A DNA stretch of 11,468 bases. Source: an uncultured bacterium (GTDB taxonomy: Bacteria > Hydrogenedentota > Hydrogenedentia > Hydrogenedentales > JAEUWI01). The notes under the pieces were generated by a model that had not been told where the DNA came from, ran no database searches, and was given only the letters and a program-made list of their open reading frames with translations. A program made the position numbers and the translations under genes. The stretch covers positions 1 through 11,468 of the forward strand of contig CAXBPH010000225.1 of the NCBI GenBank assembly GCA_963977445.1. The letters run 5' to 3'. This document shows positions 1 to 11,468 of the stretch, one piece after another; within the stretch, counting starts at the first letter, position 1, and every line of letters starts with the position of its first letter.

Positions 1-1451
1 ATTTTCCCGGTCTGGACAGCGAACTGATGGCGAAGATCGCCAACGGCGACTTGTCGGTGACTTTGGTGGCCCGTGTGCCCGATGGGGCGGATTTCACAGC
101 AATCTCTTCCGTGCCCATCGCCTTTTCGCTGGCTCCCTGGCACCTGGAAATTTCCCAGGATGCACCACTTCAGGGATCGCTGACGGGTTCAGGAGACCTT
201 GCGGTATTACCGCCCCTGTTGGGTCTGGACGGACAAGATATGCGGGGCCCCCTTGTTGCGGACGTGGAGGCCTCGGGGAGCTTTTCCGTACCCGAGTTTA
301 CGGGCACGGTATCGGTGAGCGACGGCTACTACGAAAATGGAAGCAGCAGCACCATTCTTGACGATATGGAAATTGTGTTGGAAGCATCGGGAAAGACCAT
401 ACGCCTGGCGAAGTTTAGCGCTACGGATGGTGTCGGCGGTCAGTTTTCCGGCAAAGGGCAATTCAATATCGACCCGGATCGGGGTTCGCCCTATGACTTT
501 ACCCTCACGCTGGACAATCCCCGACTGGTACACCGTGACGACCTGCGCACCCAGGGCAATGGGGAGATTCGCCTGACGGGCAGCGCCCGTGGTGCCCTGC
601 TCCAGGGTGATCTCAGCGTCGGGCCCGCCTACTTCACCATCCCCGAAAGTTCGGGAGAAACGCAGGTAACCACCGTGGCCTATACGGAGGCCCAAGCAGT
701 CGGCGAAGGGGAGGAAGTGGTGAAGGAGTTGCCCTACGAGTTTCGTCTGGATCTCGGTCTGGATTTTCCGGGCAAGGTATTCGTTACGGGCCCCGGCCTC
801 GACTCGGAATGGGACGGTAAGCTCAAGATTACGAACAACGCTGCAGACCCAGCGATTGAAGGCGTGCTTCGTGTGAAAAAAGGCACCCTCGATTTTCTTG
901 GTCGCGTATTTACGTTGACGGAGAGCACTATCACCTTCGACGGACAGACCCCGCCGTCCCCATACCTGCGTATCGACGCCGTCACCACTACCGGGGAGAT
1001 TGAGGCGCACGTGCGCATGGAGGGCACGCAGGACAATCTCAATCTCAGCCTGGAGTCGGACCCCGCCATGCCCCGGGATGAAATCCTGTCCCGGGTGTTG
1101 TTCGGTCAACGTCTTTCCGACGTGAGTCCGGTTCAGGCCCTGACTCTGGCCCGCTATGCGCCTTTGTTTCGAAAGAATGTATCGGGCCGTTCGGTGTCGG
1201 GCAGCAAGGGACCCAAGCCCTTTCTCGTTGACCGTATCAGTCTCAATAGCGGCACCGAAGTTGGCGAGGCCAGCGTTACCACGGGCAAATACCTCAACGA
1301 AGACTTTTACCTGGAGTTTGAACAGGGATTGGGTTCGGCAGAGAGCCTGGTGTCGTTGGACTGGTTGTTTGCACCCCAATGGGCCCTGAAAGGGAAGACC
1401 ACTTCCGGTGGCGAAGGGGGACTCGGGGTCTTCTGGAAGAAAAATTATTAG
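1..1451 (+). CDS. tamB: Translocation and assembly module TamB (DUF490)-domain protein, 5'-truncated by the window edge
   Basis: Frame is open from position 3 (FPGLDSELM...), so the true start is upstream. Gly/beta-strand-rich sequence with TamB-like C-terminal motifs (GLDSEWDGKL, GTLDFLGRVFTL, LSLESDPAMPRDEILSRVLFG, GKYLNEDFYLEFEQG) and an aromatic terminus (VFWKKNY). Confidence 0.85.
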   Translation, partial: FPGLDSELMAKIANGDLSVTLVARVPDGADFTAISSVPIAFSLAPWHLEISQDAPLQGSLTGSGDLAVLPPLLGLDGQDMRGPLVADVEASGSFSVPEFTGTVSVSDGYYENGSSSTILDDMEIVLEASGKTIRLAKFSATDGVGGQFSGKGQFNIDPDRGSPYDFTLTLDNPRLVHRDDLRTQGNGEIRLTGSARGALLQGDLSVGPAYFTIPESSGETQVTTVAYTEAQAVGEGEEVVKELPYEFRLDLGLDFPGKVFVTGPGLDSEWDGKLKITNNAADPAIEGVLRVKKGTLDFLGRVFTLTESTITFDGQTPPSPYLRIDAVTTTGEIEAHVRMEGTQDNLNLSLESDPAMPRDEILSRVLFGQRLSDVSPVQALTLARYAPLFRKNVSGRSVSGSKGPKPFLVDRISLNSGTEVGEASVTTGKYLNEDFYLEFEQGLGSAESLVSLDWLFAPQWALKGKTTSGGEGGLGVFWKKNY

Positions 1452-1594
1452 GGGGACCTCGTTGTTCGTCTTCGGAAAAGGGGGCTTCCAGATACGATAA
1501 TGCCACCCAGCTTTCAGTTGAATCCTGCGGTGCATCGACAATGAGGATGGTCAGCGTTTTGCGCTCACACAGAATGAATTTTGGAGAATAACGT

Positions 1595-2398
1595 ATGACA
1601 GTGCACAATAACGCCATCGCGCGATTTGATCTTACCGGCAAAGTTGCCTGGGTCCCCGGCGGCGCGGGACTCCTTGGCACGTCGGTTTCCCGGGCCCTTG
1701 CGGAACATGGTGCCCACGTCATCGTGGCCGATCTACGGGCCGACGCGGCCGAGGCCGCAGCCGAAGCCCTCGTGGCGGAGGGGCTCTCCGCCGAAGGGCG
1801 TGCCCTGGATATCGGCGATGAGGCCATGGTCGCCCGTGAAGTCGACGCCATCGTCGTGAAACACGGCCACCTCGATCTCATGATCAACATGACCTTCTAC
1901 TACACCAAAGCCAGCATGGAAGACATGACCGCGGAACAATGGGAGGCCGGCATGCGCGTCTCCCTTACCGGCGCCTTTGTTTCCACCCGCGAAGCCGGGC
2001 GCGTCATGGTCGAACAGGGCGGCGGTAGTATTGTCCACTTCAGCAGCATGTATGGCATGGTGAGTCCCGATCCCCGTATGTATCCCCCGAGCCAGACGCC
2101 CAACCCCATCGACTACGGTGTGGCCAAGGCGGGCATTCTCCAGCTCGTACGCTACCAGGGCGTTTTCCTCGCCGAAAAAGGTGTGCGGGTGAACGCCATC
2201 GTGCCGGGCCCCTTTCCCAACCCAAACTCCCAGGGTGCGGATCCCGACTTTGTGAAATTGCTTAAAGCCAAATGCCCCACGGGCCGTTTCGGCCACCCGG
2301 AAGAAATCGCAGGGGCCGTGGTGTTCCTGTGCTCCGACGCGGCGAGCTATGTGACCGGTACAAAGATAGTTGTGGATGGTGGCTGGACGGCGTGGTGA
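1595..2398 (+). CDS. Short-chain dehydrogenase/reductase (SDR) family oxidoreductase, 267 aa; substrate not determinable
   Basis: Rossmann motif [14 protein letters not shown], catalytic Ser region (FSSMYG), YxxxK (YGVAK), VRVNAIVPG and C-terminal [20 protein letters not shown] at 1583-1586. Confidence 0.93.
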   Translation: MTVHNNAIARFDLTGKVAWVPGGAGLLGTSVSRALAEHGAHVIVADLRADAAEAAAEALVAEGLSAEGRALDIGDEAMVAREVDAIVVKHGHLDLMINMTFYYTKASMEDMTAEQWEAGMRVSLTGAFVSTREAGRVMVEQGGGSIVHFSSMYGMVSPDPRMYPPSQTPNPIDYGVAKAGILQLVRYQGVFLAEKGVRVNAIVPGPFPNPNSQGADPDFVKLLKAKCPTGRFGHPEEIAGAVVFLCSDAASYVTGTKIVVDGGWTAW

Positions 2399-2714
2399 CG
2401 GGGGGCGTATGTTTCAACCTATGGGGCGCAATCGCAACGCGTATTCACAAAAGGTGACAATTTGGAGTGCGGACGGCTCGCTTTCAGGGAGGTAAAGTCT
2501 CGCGGACTGGGGGAATGAGTGGCTCCATCCGTGAGTTCAGGGTGCCGTTCAGTTGTTGCACCTGGAGCTTGAATCCAAGCTTTGCGAACCGTCAATAATC
2601 TCTTGTTTGTTCCTTTAGCCTAAGTTGGCCTTCCTCGAAGATATTCGCGCGATACGGGCGTATGTTCAGTGCCCACGGGTTGCCACGGGCATCTCGAAAT
2701 GTATGATCCCACCA

Positions 2715-2743
2715 ATCAGCGATGTTTAGCTTTTATCGCTGAT
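2715..2743. terminator. Hairpin abutting the yhcG stop; possible terminator or mRNA stabiliser
   Basis: ATCAGCGAT (2715-2723) and ATCGCTGAT (2735-2743) form a 9-bp stem with an 11-nt loop. No clear U-tract. Confidence 0.3.
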
Positions 2744-3825
2744 CAGTACCTATCCGACCCATCATTACTCCGGATGTCCAGGCGTTCGCGGGAGCGTTTT
2801 ATGGCGGTGTGGAATCGTTCGACGAGCAATTCTCTCGGCGGGAGGGTAGTGAGGTATTCTGCGACGTGAATACCTGCCTGGCCGAGTTCCATGAGTTCTA
2901 TTTGCTCATGTTTCTTCCCTGCGCAGAGGATTATGCCGAGGGGGGTGTTTTCTCCGGGTTCCTGTTCGTGTTTCGCGAGCCAGCGGAGGTAAAGTTCCAT
3001 CTGGCCTTTATGTTCCGGTTTGAAGTCGCCGAGTTTAAGTTCCATCGCGATGAGTCGCTGCATTTTTCGATTGTAGAAGAGCAAATCGAGATAGAAGTCG
3101 TCGCTATCGATTTGGATGCGTTTCTGGCGTGCGACGAAGGTAAATCCGACACCCAGTTCGAGCAGGAAGTTCTCCATTTCCCGTAGAATGGCGTCTTCCA
3201 ATCCTTTTTCGAGGTAGCGGTCGTTCAGGCCCAGAAAATCGAGTATATAGGGGTCCTTGAAGACCAGATCGGGGCTTATTTGGTCGGATTCGCGCAGTTG
3301 CCCGAGTTCGTGCTCGATGACATCCTCGGGTTTCTTGGAGAGGGCGGTGCGTTCGTAGAGCATGGAGTCGATCTTTTTTCGGAGGGTGCGTACGCTCCAG
3401 CGTTTGATGCGGCACATTTCAGCGTAGAAGTCTCGTTGCAGGGGCTTTTCCAGCGGTAGTATTTCTCGGAAATGTGACCAGCTTATTATTTGCGACAGTG
3501 TGGCAACTATTGACTGATCAGGGAATGCCTCAGAGAATTTTACCATTCGGGTTAGTGAAGAATAGCTGAATCCTTCTCCGTACTCCTGCCGCAATTGTTG
3601 CGACAGTGTGGCAAGTATCTCTTTGCCGTACTCAGCGCGGTCCTGATTAAGTATTTCCTTGTTTATACGTCGCCCGATTTTCCAATAGAGCATCGTTAGT
3701 CCCGCGTTGGCCACGGTGGCGACGGCAGCTCTGGTCTCCGCCACCATGCGGCGGATGTCGCTTACGAGAGCGGTCGTAGGGGCCGATTCCTTCTTTTGCA
3801 ATGCGCTTTTGTCGTTTCTCTTCAT
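2743..3825 (-). CDS. yhcG: YhcG/DUF1016 family PD-(D/E)XK nuclease-domain protein, 360 aa
   Basis: Family motifs LYWKIGRRI, RAEYG, SWSHF, WSVRTL, KDPYILDFL, FLLELGVGFTFVARQKRI, YLDLLFY, ELK, GQMELY, PLGIILC. GGAGG RBS at 3837-3833. Confidence 0.92.
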   Translation of the reverse strand: MKRNDKSALQKKESAPTTALVSDIRRMVAETRAAVATVANAGLTMLYWKIGRRINKEILNQDRAEYGKEILATLSQQLRQEYGEGFSYSSLTRMVKFSEAFPDQSIVATLSQIISWSHFREILPLEKPLQRDFYAEMCRIKRWSVRTLRKKIDSMLYERTALSKKPEDVIEHELGQLRESDQISPDLVFKDPYILDFLGLNDRYLEKGLEDAILREMENFLLELGVGFTFVARQKRIQIDSDDFYLDLLFYNRKMQRLIAMELKLGDFKPEHKGQMELYLRWLAKHEQEPGENTPLGIILCAGKKHEQIELMELGQAGIHVAEYLTTLPPRELLVERFHTAIKRSRERLDIRSNDGSDRY

Positions 3826-3879
3826 TGTTTTGCCTCCGTGAAGTTGATTTTATAATCCTTTTGAAAAGGTTGTATTCCC

Positions 3880-7338
<3,459 letters not shown>

Positions 7339-7350
7339 GAAGGACACCGG

Positions 7351-7425
7351 GACAGGGACGACAGGGACGACAGGGACGACAGGGACCACAGGGACCACAA
7401 CGACGACAACGACGACAACGACGAC
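7351..7425. repeat. 9-bp tandem repeat array, about 8.3 units
   Basis: GACAGGGAC x4, CACAGGGAC, CACAACGAC, GACAACGAC x2, GAC; the unit drifts stepwise along the array. Confidence 0.95.
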
Positions 7426-7427
7426 CT

Positions 7428-7597
7428 CAGCACCCCGGTGGGGCTGAGCAACGTAGCCCAAGGTGGAACGTAATCGGAACCTTGGGTAGGGTCGGTCTTC
7501 AGCCACGAAGTGGCGTCATATCGTAGCCCAGGCGCGAAGCGAAGCGAGCCCTGGGTTTGGTGTTTTTTTTCAAGAAGAGCCCCGAAGGGGCGACATA
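7428..7597. repeat. Cluster of REP-like palindromic units between imuB and dnaE2
   Basis: Two tandem units of the form small hairpin + GTAGCCCA(A/G)G...C(C/T)TGGGT (7428-7488, 7500-7556), plus the hairpin gccccGAAggggc (7579-7591). Confidence 0.85.
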
Positions 7598-7606
7598 AGT
7601 GGCCCA

Positions 7607-9091
7607 TCACTGGACCTCACCCTGCAAAAACCAACGCCGTCGTTTGAGGTCGTGGTAGATCCAGAACCAGCGGTTGCTCCGGGTGCGGACGTAGTAATAG
7701 GCCCGGCTGATTTCCTTGCGCCACCAGCCGCCATTGACGAGCTGGGGGCCGATGACCTCCTCCACAGGACCTTCCGAAACGCCCGCGATGAGCCAGCCAT
7801 CGGGTTCATAACGATCCCGGGGAGGCAGGGCAATGGCCGGGCGATACATACGGCGAACGAGGGGCGTCGACGCCATTTCGGTGGGGCGCGGTTGGGGCAG
7901 ATCAGACAGGCTTTCCCAGCGGTACTGGGCCTCGGGGAGATGTCCCGTGTGGAGGCGGGCCACCACGACGGCGTCGTTACCCAATTCGGCGCGTATTTTT
8001 GCAAAGGCCCGGTGGGCGGCTTCCACGTTACGCCGTGGGGCCTCCTGGAAGAGGTCCGTCTGGCGTTGCGTGATAGGTTGTCCCACGGCCCGTGCGTGGA
8101 GCTCGACCACCCCGGACACAAAGGTCTTTGTTTCCAGGTGGAGGCGGGCGAGGCTCAGGACCTGGTTGGCATCTCCGGTAGGCGTCGCAGGGACCACGTC
8201 CCCTTCTTCCGTGCTGCCATTATCGAGGACAAAGTGCCAGTGGAGGGATTTGAGCCGTTCGTGGTATTCGGCCAACTCAGCAAGTAAGGCCCTGACCATG
8301 TCGGCTAGATAGGCCAGGAGCCGTCTCTGGTCACTTTCGGGATAGTCCAGCAAGGTGGTGCAGGTCGCGGGGTCTCGGGGTGGTAAGGCCTGGAGGGGCG
8401 TCCAATTGCTTCCTTTCGCGAGGTGATAGAGGGCCTCGGCTTCCGCACCGAAACGTTTTCGCAGCCCCCGACTGGGCAAGGTTAAAAACTGGCCGATGGT
8501 CTCGACCCCCAGCTTATAGAGGGTGTCTTGCAGGGAGGCCTGAAGACGGAGATGGCTCATGGGCACCTGGTCGACATGGGCCTGCTCTTCGGCGGGGGTG
8601 GTGAAAACGATATTCTCCCGGCTGGCCCGTGCGGCGGCATAGCTCCCGAAACGGCTGAAACCCACGGCCACCGTCGCGCGGATATGGCGCTCCCTCAGGT
8701 CGTTGCACACGGCATCGGCCCATTGGCTCAGAGAGGGGTAGACAATCCCCATGCCCGACACATCGGCCCAGAAGACCCCGGCTTCCCGGGGGGCTGGTTC
8801 AATGCGGGGGCTGAAATCCCACAGCCGGCGGGTCAGATCGGTGATGGCTTCCTCTACGGTGATGGGATCGATGACACCACCACGGAGTTCCGGGGCCAAG
8901 GCGAGCCCGGCGGCATAGCGCATGCCCGGAAAGATGCGGCAGTTCCGTGCGGCTCCATTGGTCCATTGGATGACCCCACTGGGCTTGTCCCGATCGACCA
9001 CGACGACCGGTTGACGTTGCCAATCGGGGTGGGCGCGGACCAGTAACTGGAGGGGCAATGCGGGACAATTAACACAAGCCGTCCGGTCCAT
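7607..9091 (-). CDS. imuB: ImuB, catalytically inactive Y-family DNA polymerase-like protein, 494 aa
   Basis: Y-family N-terminal features (PVVVVD, AARNCRIFPGM, FSPRIE, TLYKLGVETIGQF, LRKRFG) without the first catalytic Asp motif (ACVNCPALPLQ). Beta-clamp motif QTDLF and ImuB C-terminal GGWW...RAYYYV...WFWIYHD...WFLQG. Lies upstream of dnaE2. Confidence 0.93.
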   Translation of the reverse strand: MDRTACVNCPALPLQLLVRAHPDWQRQPVVVVDRDKPSGVIQWTNGAARNCRIFPGMRYAAGLALAPELRGGVIDPITVEEAITDLTRRLWDFSPRIEPAPREAGVFWADVSGMGIVYPSLSQWADAVCNDLRERHIRATVAVGFSRFGSYAAARASRENIVFTTPAEEQAHVDQVPMSHLRLQASLQDTLYKLGVETIGQFLTLPSRGLRKRFGAEAEALYHLAKGSNWTPLQALPPRDPATCTTLLDYPESDQRRLLAYLADMVRALLAELAEYHERLKSLHWHFVLDNGSTEEGDVVPATPTGDANQVLSLARLHLETKTFVSGVVELHARAVGQPITQRQTDLFQEAPRRNVEAAHRAFAKIRAELGNDAVVVARLHTGHLPEAQYRWESLSDLPQPRPTEMASTPLVRRMYRPAIALPPRDRYEPDGWLIAGVSEGPVEEVIGPQLVNGGWWRKEISRAYYYVRTRSNRWFWIYHDLKRRRWFLQGEVQ

Positions 9092-9710
9092 GACGGAGCT
9101 CCTCGTGGGTCCAGCCGGGGCTTTGGCGCTTGTCTTTCACGGCCCGTAAATTGCAGGAAAAACAATCGTGGCCCACGCGGTGTTTTTCCGTTGCGCAACG
9201 GAGAGAAACCAGGGCTCCACGGGTCGGCCGATCCCCCGGCGAGCGCAGGCCCACCAGGGCGGTGTGGTGTTGCTGGGCCAGGCCCACCAGCCGCGTCTGG
9301 AGCGCGAGGGGCAGGGCCTGGCCGTCGCTATCGAGAACGATGATCGAAAAGCTGCCTGCGCGCAGGAGGGTGTCGGCTGCGCGGGCGGCTTGTGCGGCGT
9401 CGTTGGTGCGGACAATGGGCAGGGCGGCGAGATCGATGCCTGTGGCGGCAAAATCGGGCGGAAAGAAGATGCGGTGGGGCCCGGCAATCCAGGCGACCAG
9501 CCCTTGCTTTTCCTGGGCCTCCCGGATGAGTCCAGCGACCAGGCTTAAGGCCGCAGTGCCTGATTCCGGGGCGTGATCGAGGGCTATAAAACGACCTGCT
9601 GCTGTCGCCATGGTCCAGCCTTTCGGCGGGGCTTCATGGATACGCCGGTCGAGCAAGGTGGTAGCGGTGATAATGTCAGCGACAGACGATGGGGCAATAG
9701 CCGTGGCCAT
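9069..9710 (-). CDS. imuA: ImuA, RecA-like accessory protein, 213 aa
   Basis: Degenerate Walker A (APESGTAALSL), VAWIAG, FFPPDFAATGIDL, and RecA-like AADTLLRAGSFSIIVLDS. Overlaps the imuB start by 23 nt. AAGGAG RBS at 9722-9717. Confidence 0.88.
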   Translation of the reverse strand: MATAIAPSSVADIITATTLLDRRIHEAPPKGWTMATAAGRFIALDHAPESGTAALSLVAGLIREAQEKQGLVAWIAGPHRIFFPPDFAATGIDLAALPIVRTNDAAQAARAADTLLRAGSFSIIVLDSDGQALPLALQTRLVGLAQQHHTALVGLRSPGDRPTRGALVSLRCATEKHRVGHDCFSCNLRAVKDKRQSPGWTHEELRHGPDGLC

Positions 9711-9756
9711 GGGAGACTCCTTTTACGGCGCAAATGTGCGCCTGACTTTAGGAGTT

Positions 9757-9785
9757 ATTATACTGAATAAATGTTTAGTTGTAAA
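9757..9785 (-). promoter_or_regulatory. Sigma70-type promoter of the imuA-imuB-dnaE2 operon
   Basis: -35 TTTACA (9785-9780), 17-bp spacer, perfect -10 TATAAT (9762-9757), in an AT-rich patch 46 bp upstream of imuA. Confidence 0.85.
9762..9779. promoter_or_regulatory. Putative LexA operator (SOS box)
   Basis: Imperfect palindrome ACTGAATA-AA-TGTTTAGT (CTG-N10-TAG) occupying the promoter spacer. imu cassettes are known to be commonly LexA-regulated. Confidence 0.75.
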
Positions 9786-9892
9786 GGGTGGGTCCTGAGG
9801 GTAATACTAATAAAAACGTTCGTTGTAGACCGCGTCTCCCCGTTGCTGAATAGGATGGGCTCCAGCGTGCCAAGAAAGGCGGACTTCCCTTA

Positions 9893-10129
9893 AGGGGGAT
9901 AGGCATTCCCGCCACGGCGCGTCTTGACCTGCCTGTCAAAAGGCTCACTGAGGGTGTAAAGAAGACGGTACCGTTGGAAAAGTGTTTTGGAGATCGCGTT
10001 TTCTTACGTGGCATGCGGAGCCCTTTGTGGACACAAGTGGGCTTTGTGACAGGCAGGAATGCCTATCTCCCGTTGCGCTCTTATGACAGGCAGGGCAAGA
10101 CGCGCCGTGGCGGGAATGCCTATCCCCCT
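9893..10129. repeat. Long inverted repeat (46-bp arms) of REP-like units with an internal shorter copy
   Basis: 9893-9938 matches the reverse complement of 10084-10129 at 45/46 nt. A short unit, TGACAGGCAGGAATGCCTATCTCC, lies at 10047-10070. Confidence 0.93.
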
Positions 10130-10137
10130 GTTGTTAC

Positions 10138-11298
10138 TTATCCGTAAAACTGGTTGATGTTGTAGATGCGCAGGGTGATTTCGGAGTCACGGGTCCAGGC
10201 GGTTTCGCGGGAGTAGTAGGCCACCAGTGCTTCATCGCCCACGAAGGTCACGGAGGGATAAGCGGCATCGCAGTCTTCTCGGTTGTCGATGTCGTGGTAG
10301 TTCTCCCAGGTTTTTCCCTCGTCTTTCGAGAGGGCCGCAGTGAGGGGGATGCGGGGCCAGTTGGACTTGGAGGGCACGTTGTTCCATAGGACCAGCAGGT
10401 CGCCCGTGGAGGGTATGCGCTTGATGATGGCGGGGGATTCGGGGGAGGCCAAGGTCGTTGGCGCAGGTTTACGCCAGTGGTCGCCACCGTCTTCTGAGAT
10501 GCTGTAGTACTGGCATTCGTTGGTGTTGCGGAGGAGGCAATAGAGACGTCCGTCTTTTAATTCTACGATGGTGGGCTCATGGCACCCTCGCCCTTCAGCG
10601 GTCATGGAATCACTGCTCCGGTGCCAGGTCTTAAAGCCATCGTCGGAATAAAATACGAAGGAATGGAGATCGCCCCCGGCATAGGGCGTGCCACCGATGT
10701 ACTTCTCCGCGAAGGGACCGTGGGCGGGAATGATGACCCGGCCCGTACTCAGGCGAATGGCCCGGTCCGCATTATTGCAATACCAGCCAGGCTCGGAAAT
10801 CTGGAACTCCTCCCCGAAGGTTGCGCAATTATCTGTGGAGCGGCGCATGTAAACATTGCGGTTGGCGTCTGAGTCCCAGCCCACATAGGAAAACAGAACC
10901 TCCGTGTCCGAAAGGCGCACGAGGTTGGGATGTTTTACATTGTGCTTCCATCGGTTTTCCTGGAGGATACGTCGATCGCCCCAGGTGCGTCCCTTGTCCG
11001 TGGATATCATGGACGTAATCTGACAGGGTACCTCGTCACCCGTGCCGCCGCTGCCAATCTTTGCATCGGGAACGGCACCTTCGTCTACATATTCACACCA
11101 GACGAGCATGAGGCGTTGCTCGTCCAACGGGAAGATGAGTTGGTGGTCGTGGCGCGGATGTTTCGGGGACCACGGGCAGACGATGGCGTCGTGGATGGGC
11201 GTGAGCAGGGGTGTTTTCGCGGGGGCACCATGGGCGTAAGCACCCAGGACGGTGGCAGTGGCGAGGGAGGACGATTGTAAAAATTGACGTCGATTCAT
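10138..11298 (-). CDS. Tat-exported sialidase-family (BNR/Asp-box repeat) protein, 386 aa
   Basis: Twin-arginine signal MNRRQFLQSS followed by a hydrophobic stretch. Five Asp-boxes (STDKGRTW, STDNCATF, SDDGFKTW, SEDGGDHW, SKDEGKTW), plus HEPTIVELKDGRL and AAYPS. ATG 11298 has AAAGG upstream and is preferred over 11346. Confidence 0.88.
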   Translation of the reverse strand: MNRRQFLQSSSLATATVLGAYAHGAPAKTPLLTPIHDAIVCPWSPKHPRHDHQLIFPLDEQRLMLVWCEYVDEGAVPDAKIGSGGTGDEVPCQITSMISTDKGRTWGDRRILQENRWKHNVKHPNLVRLSDTEVLFSYVGWDSDANRNVYMRRSTDNCATFGEEFQISEPGWYCNNADRAIRLSTGRVIIPAHGPFAEKYIGGTPYAGGDLHSFVFYSDDGFKTWHRSSDSMTAEGRGCHEPTIVELKDGRLYCLLRNTNECQYYSISEDGGDHWRKPAPTTLASPESPAIIKRIPSTGDLLVLWNNVPSKSNWPRIPLTAALSKDEGKTWENYHDIDNREDCDAAYPSVTFVGDEALVAYYSRETAWTRDSEITLRIYNINQFYG

Positions 11299-11379
11299 GG
11301 TTGCGCCTTTCAGAAATGGATTGGGCGTTGTCGTAGGAAAATTCATGTTCTACAGAGGACACCAGGGGAAAACTTTTTT

Positions 11380-11406
11380 ACCACGAAGGACACGAAGAGC
11401 ACAGGG
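11380..11406. repeat. Short degenerate 9-bp tandem repeat
   Basis: ACCACGAAG GACACGAAG AGCACAGGG. Confidence 0.55.
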
Positions 11407-11439
11407 CAGCCGTTGGCCGCAACCCAAAAGAGATGGGTC

Positions 11440-11465
11440 GTCATTCCCGCGCACGCGGGAATCCA
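11440..11465. repeat. dRS3-like palindromic repeat (ATTCCC-N8-GGGAAT)
   Basis: GTC-ATTCCC-GCGCACGC-GGGAAT-CCA, with the core at 11443-11462. Confidence 0.8.
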
Positions 11466-11468
11466 ACG

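Noticed and set aside
207..1541. 444-aa - strand ORF
   Set aside because: Antisense shadow of tamB.
7339..7506. 56-aa N-terminal poly-Val/VVP extension of DnaE2 in the ORF track
   Set aside because: It is translated REP and 9-mer repeat DNA, GTG 7506 has no SD, and DnaE2 similarity begins only after ATG 7338.
7351..7597. CRISPR array
   Set aside because: No constant repeats separated by unique, equal-length spacers, and no cas genes.
9775..10014. 79-aa ORF as a possible lexA or leader gene
   Set aside because: No HTH or S24 peptidase motifs; it runs through the inverted-repeat arm and into the promoter.
9893..10129. Autonomous IS element
   Set aside because: Only 237 bp, with no transposase ORF and no evident target-site duplication.

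Overview
GC-rich bacterial DNA. On the + strand are the 3' part of a TamB-like gene (<1..1451) and an SDR oxidoreductase (1595..2398). On the - strand are a Tat-exported BNR/sialidase-family protein (10138..11298) and a damage-induced mutagenesis cassette, imuA-imuB-dnaE2 (9710..3880), followed 54 bp later by a YhcG/DUF1016 PD-(D/E)XK nuclease gene. A near-consensus sigma70 promoter (TTTACA-17-TATAAT) precedes the cassette, with a LexA-like palindrome filling its spacer. The most unusual feature is invasion of the cassette by short repeats without apparent inactivation. dnaE2 carries a ~366 bp in-frame insertion made of heptamer arrays, a 50-bp direct repeat and a REP-like palindromic element. 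A related element plus a 9-mer array sits between imuB and dnaE2, forming a 90-codon ORF that overlaps both the imuB stop and the dnaE2 start. All family assignments come from motif recognition by eye, not database searches.
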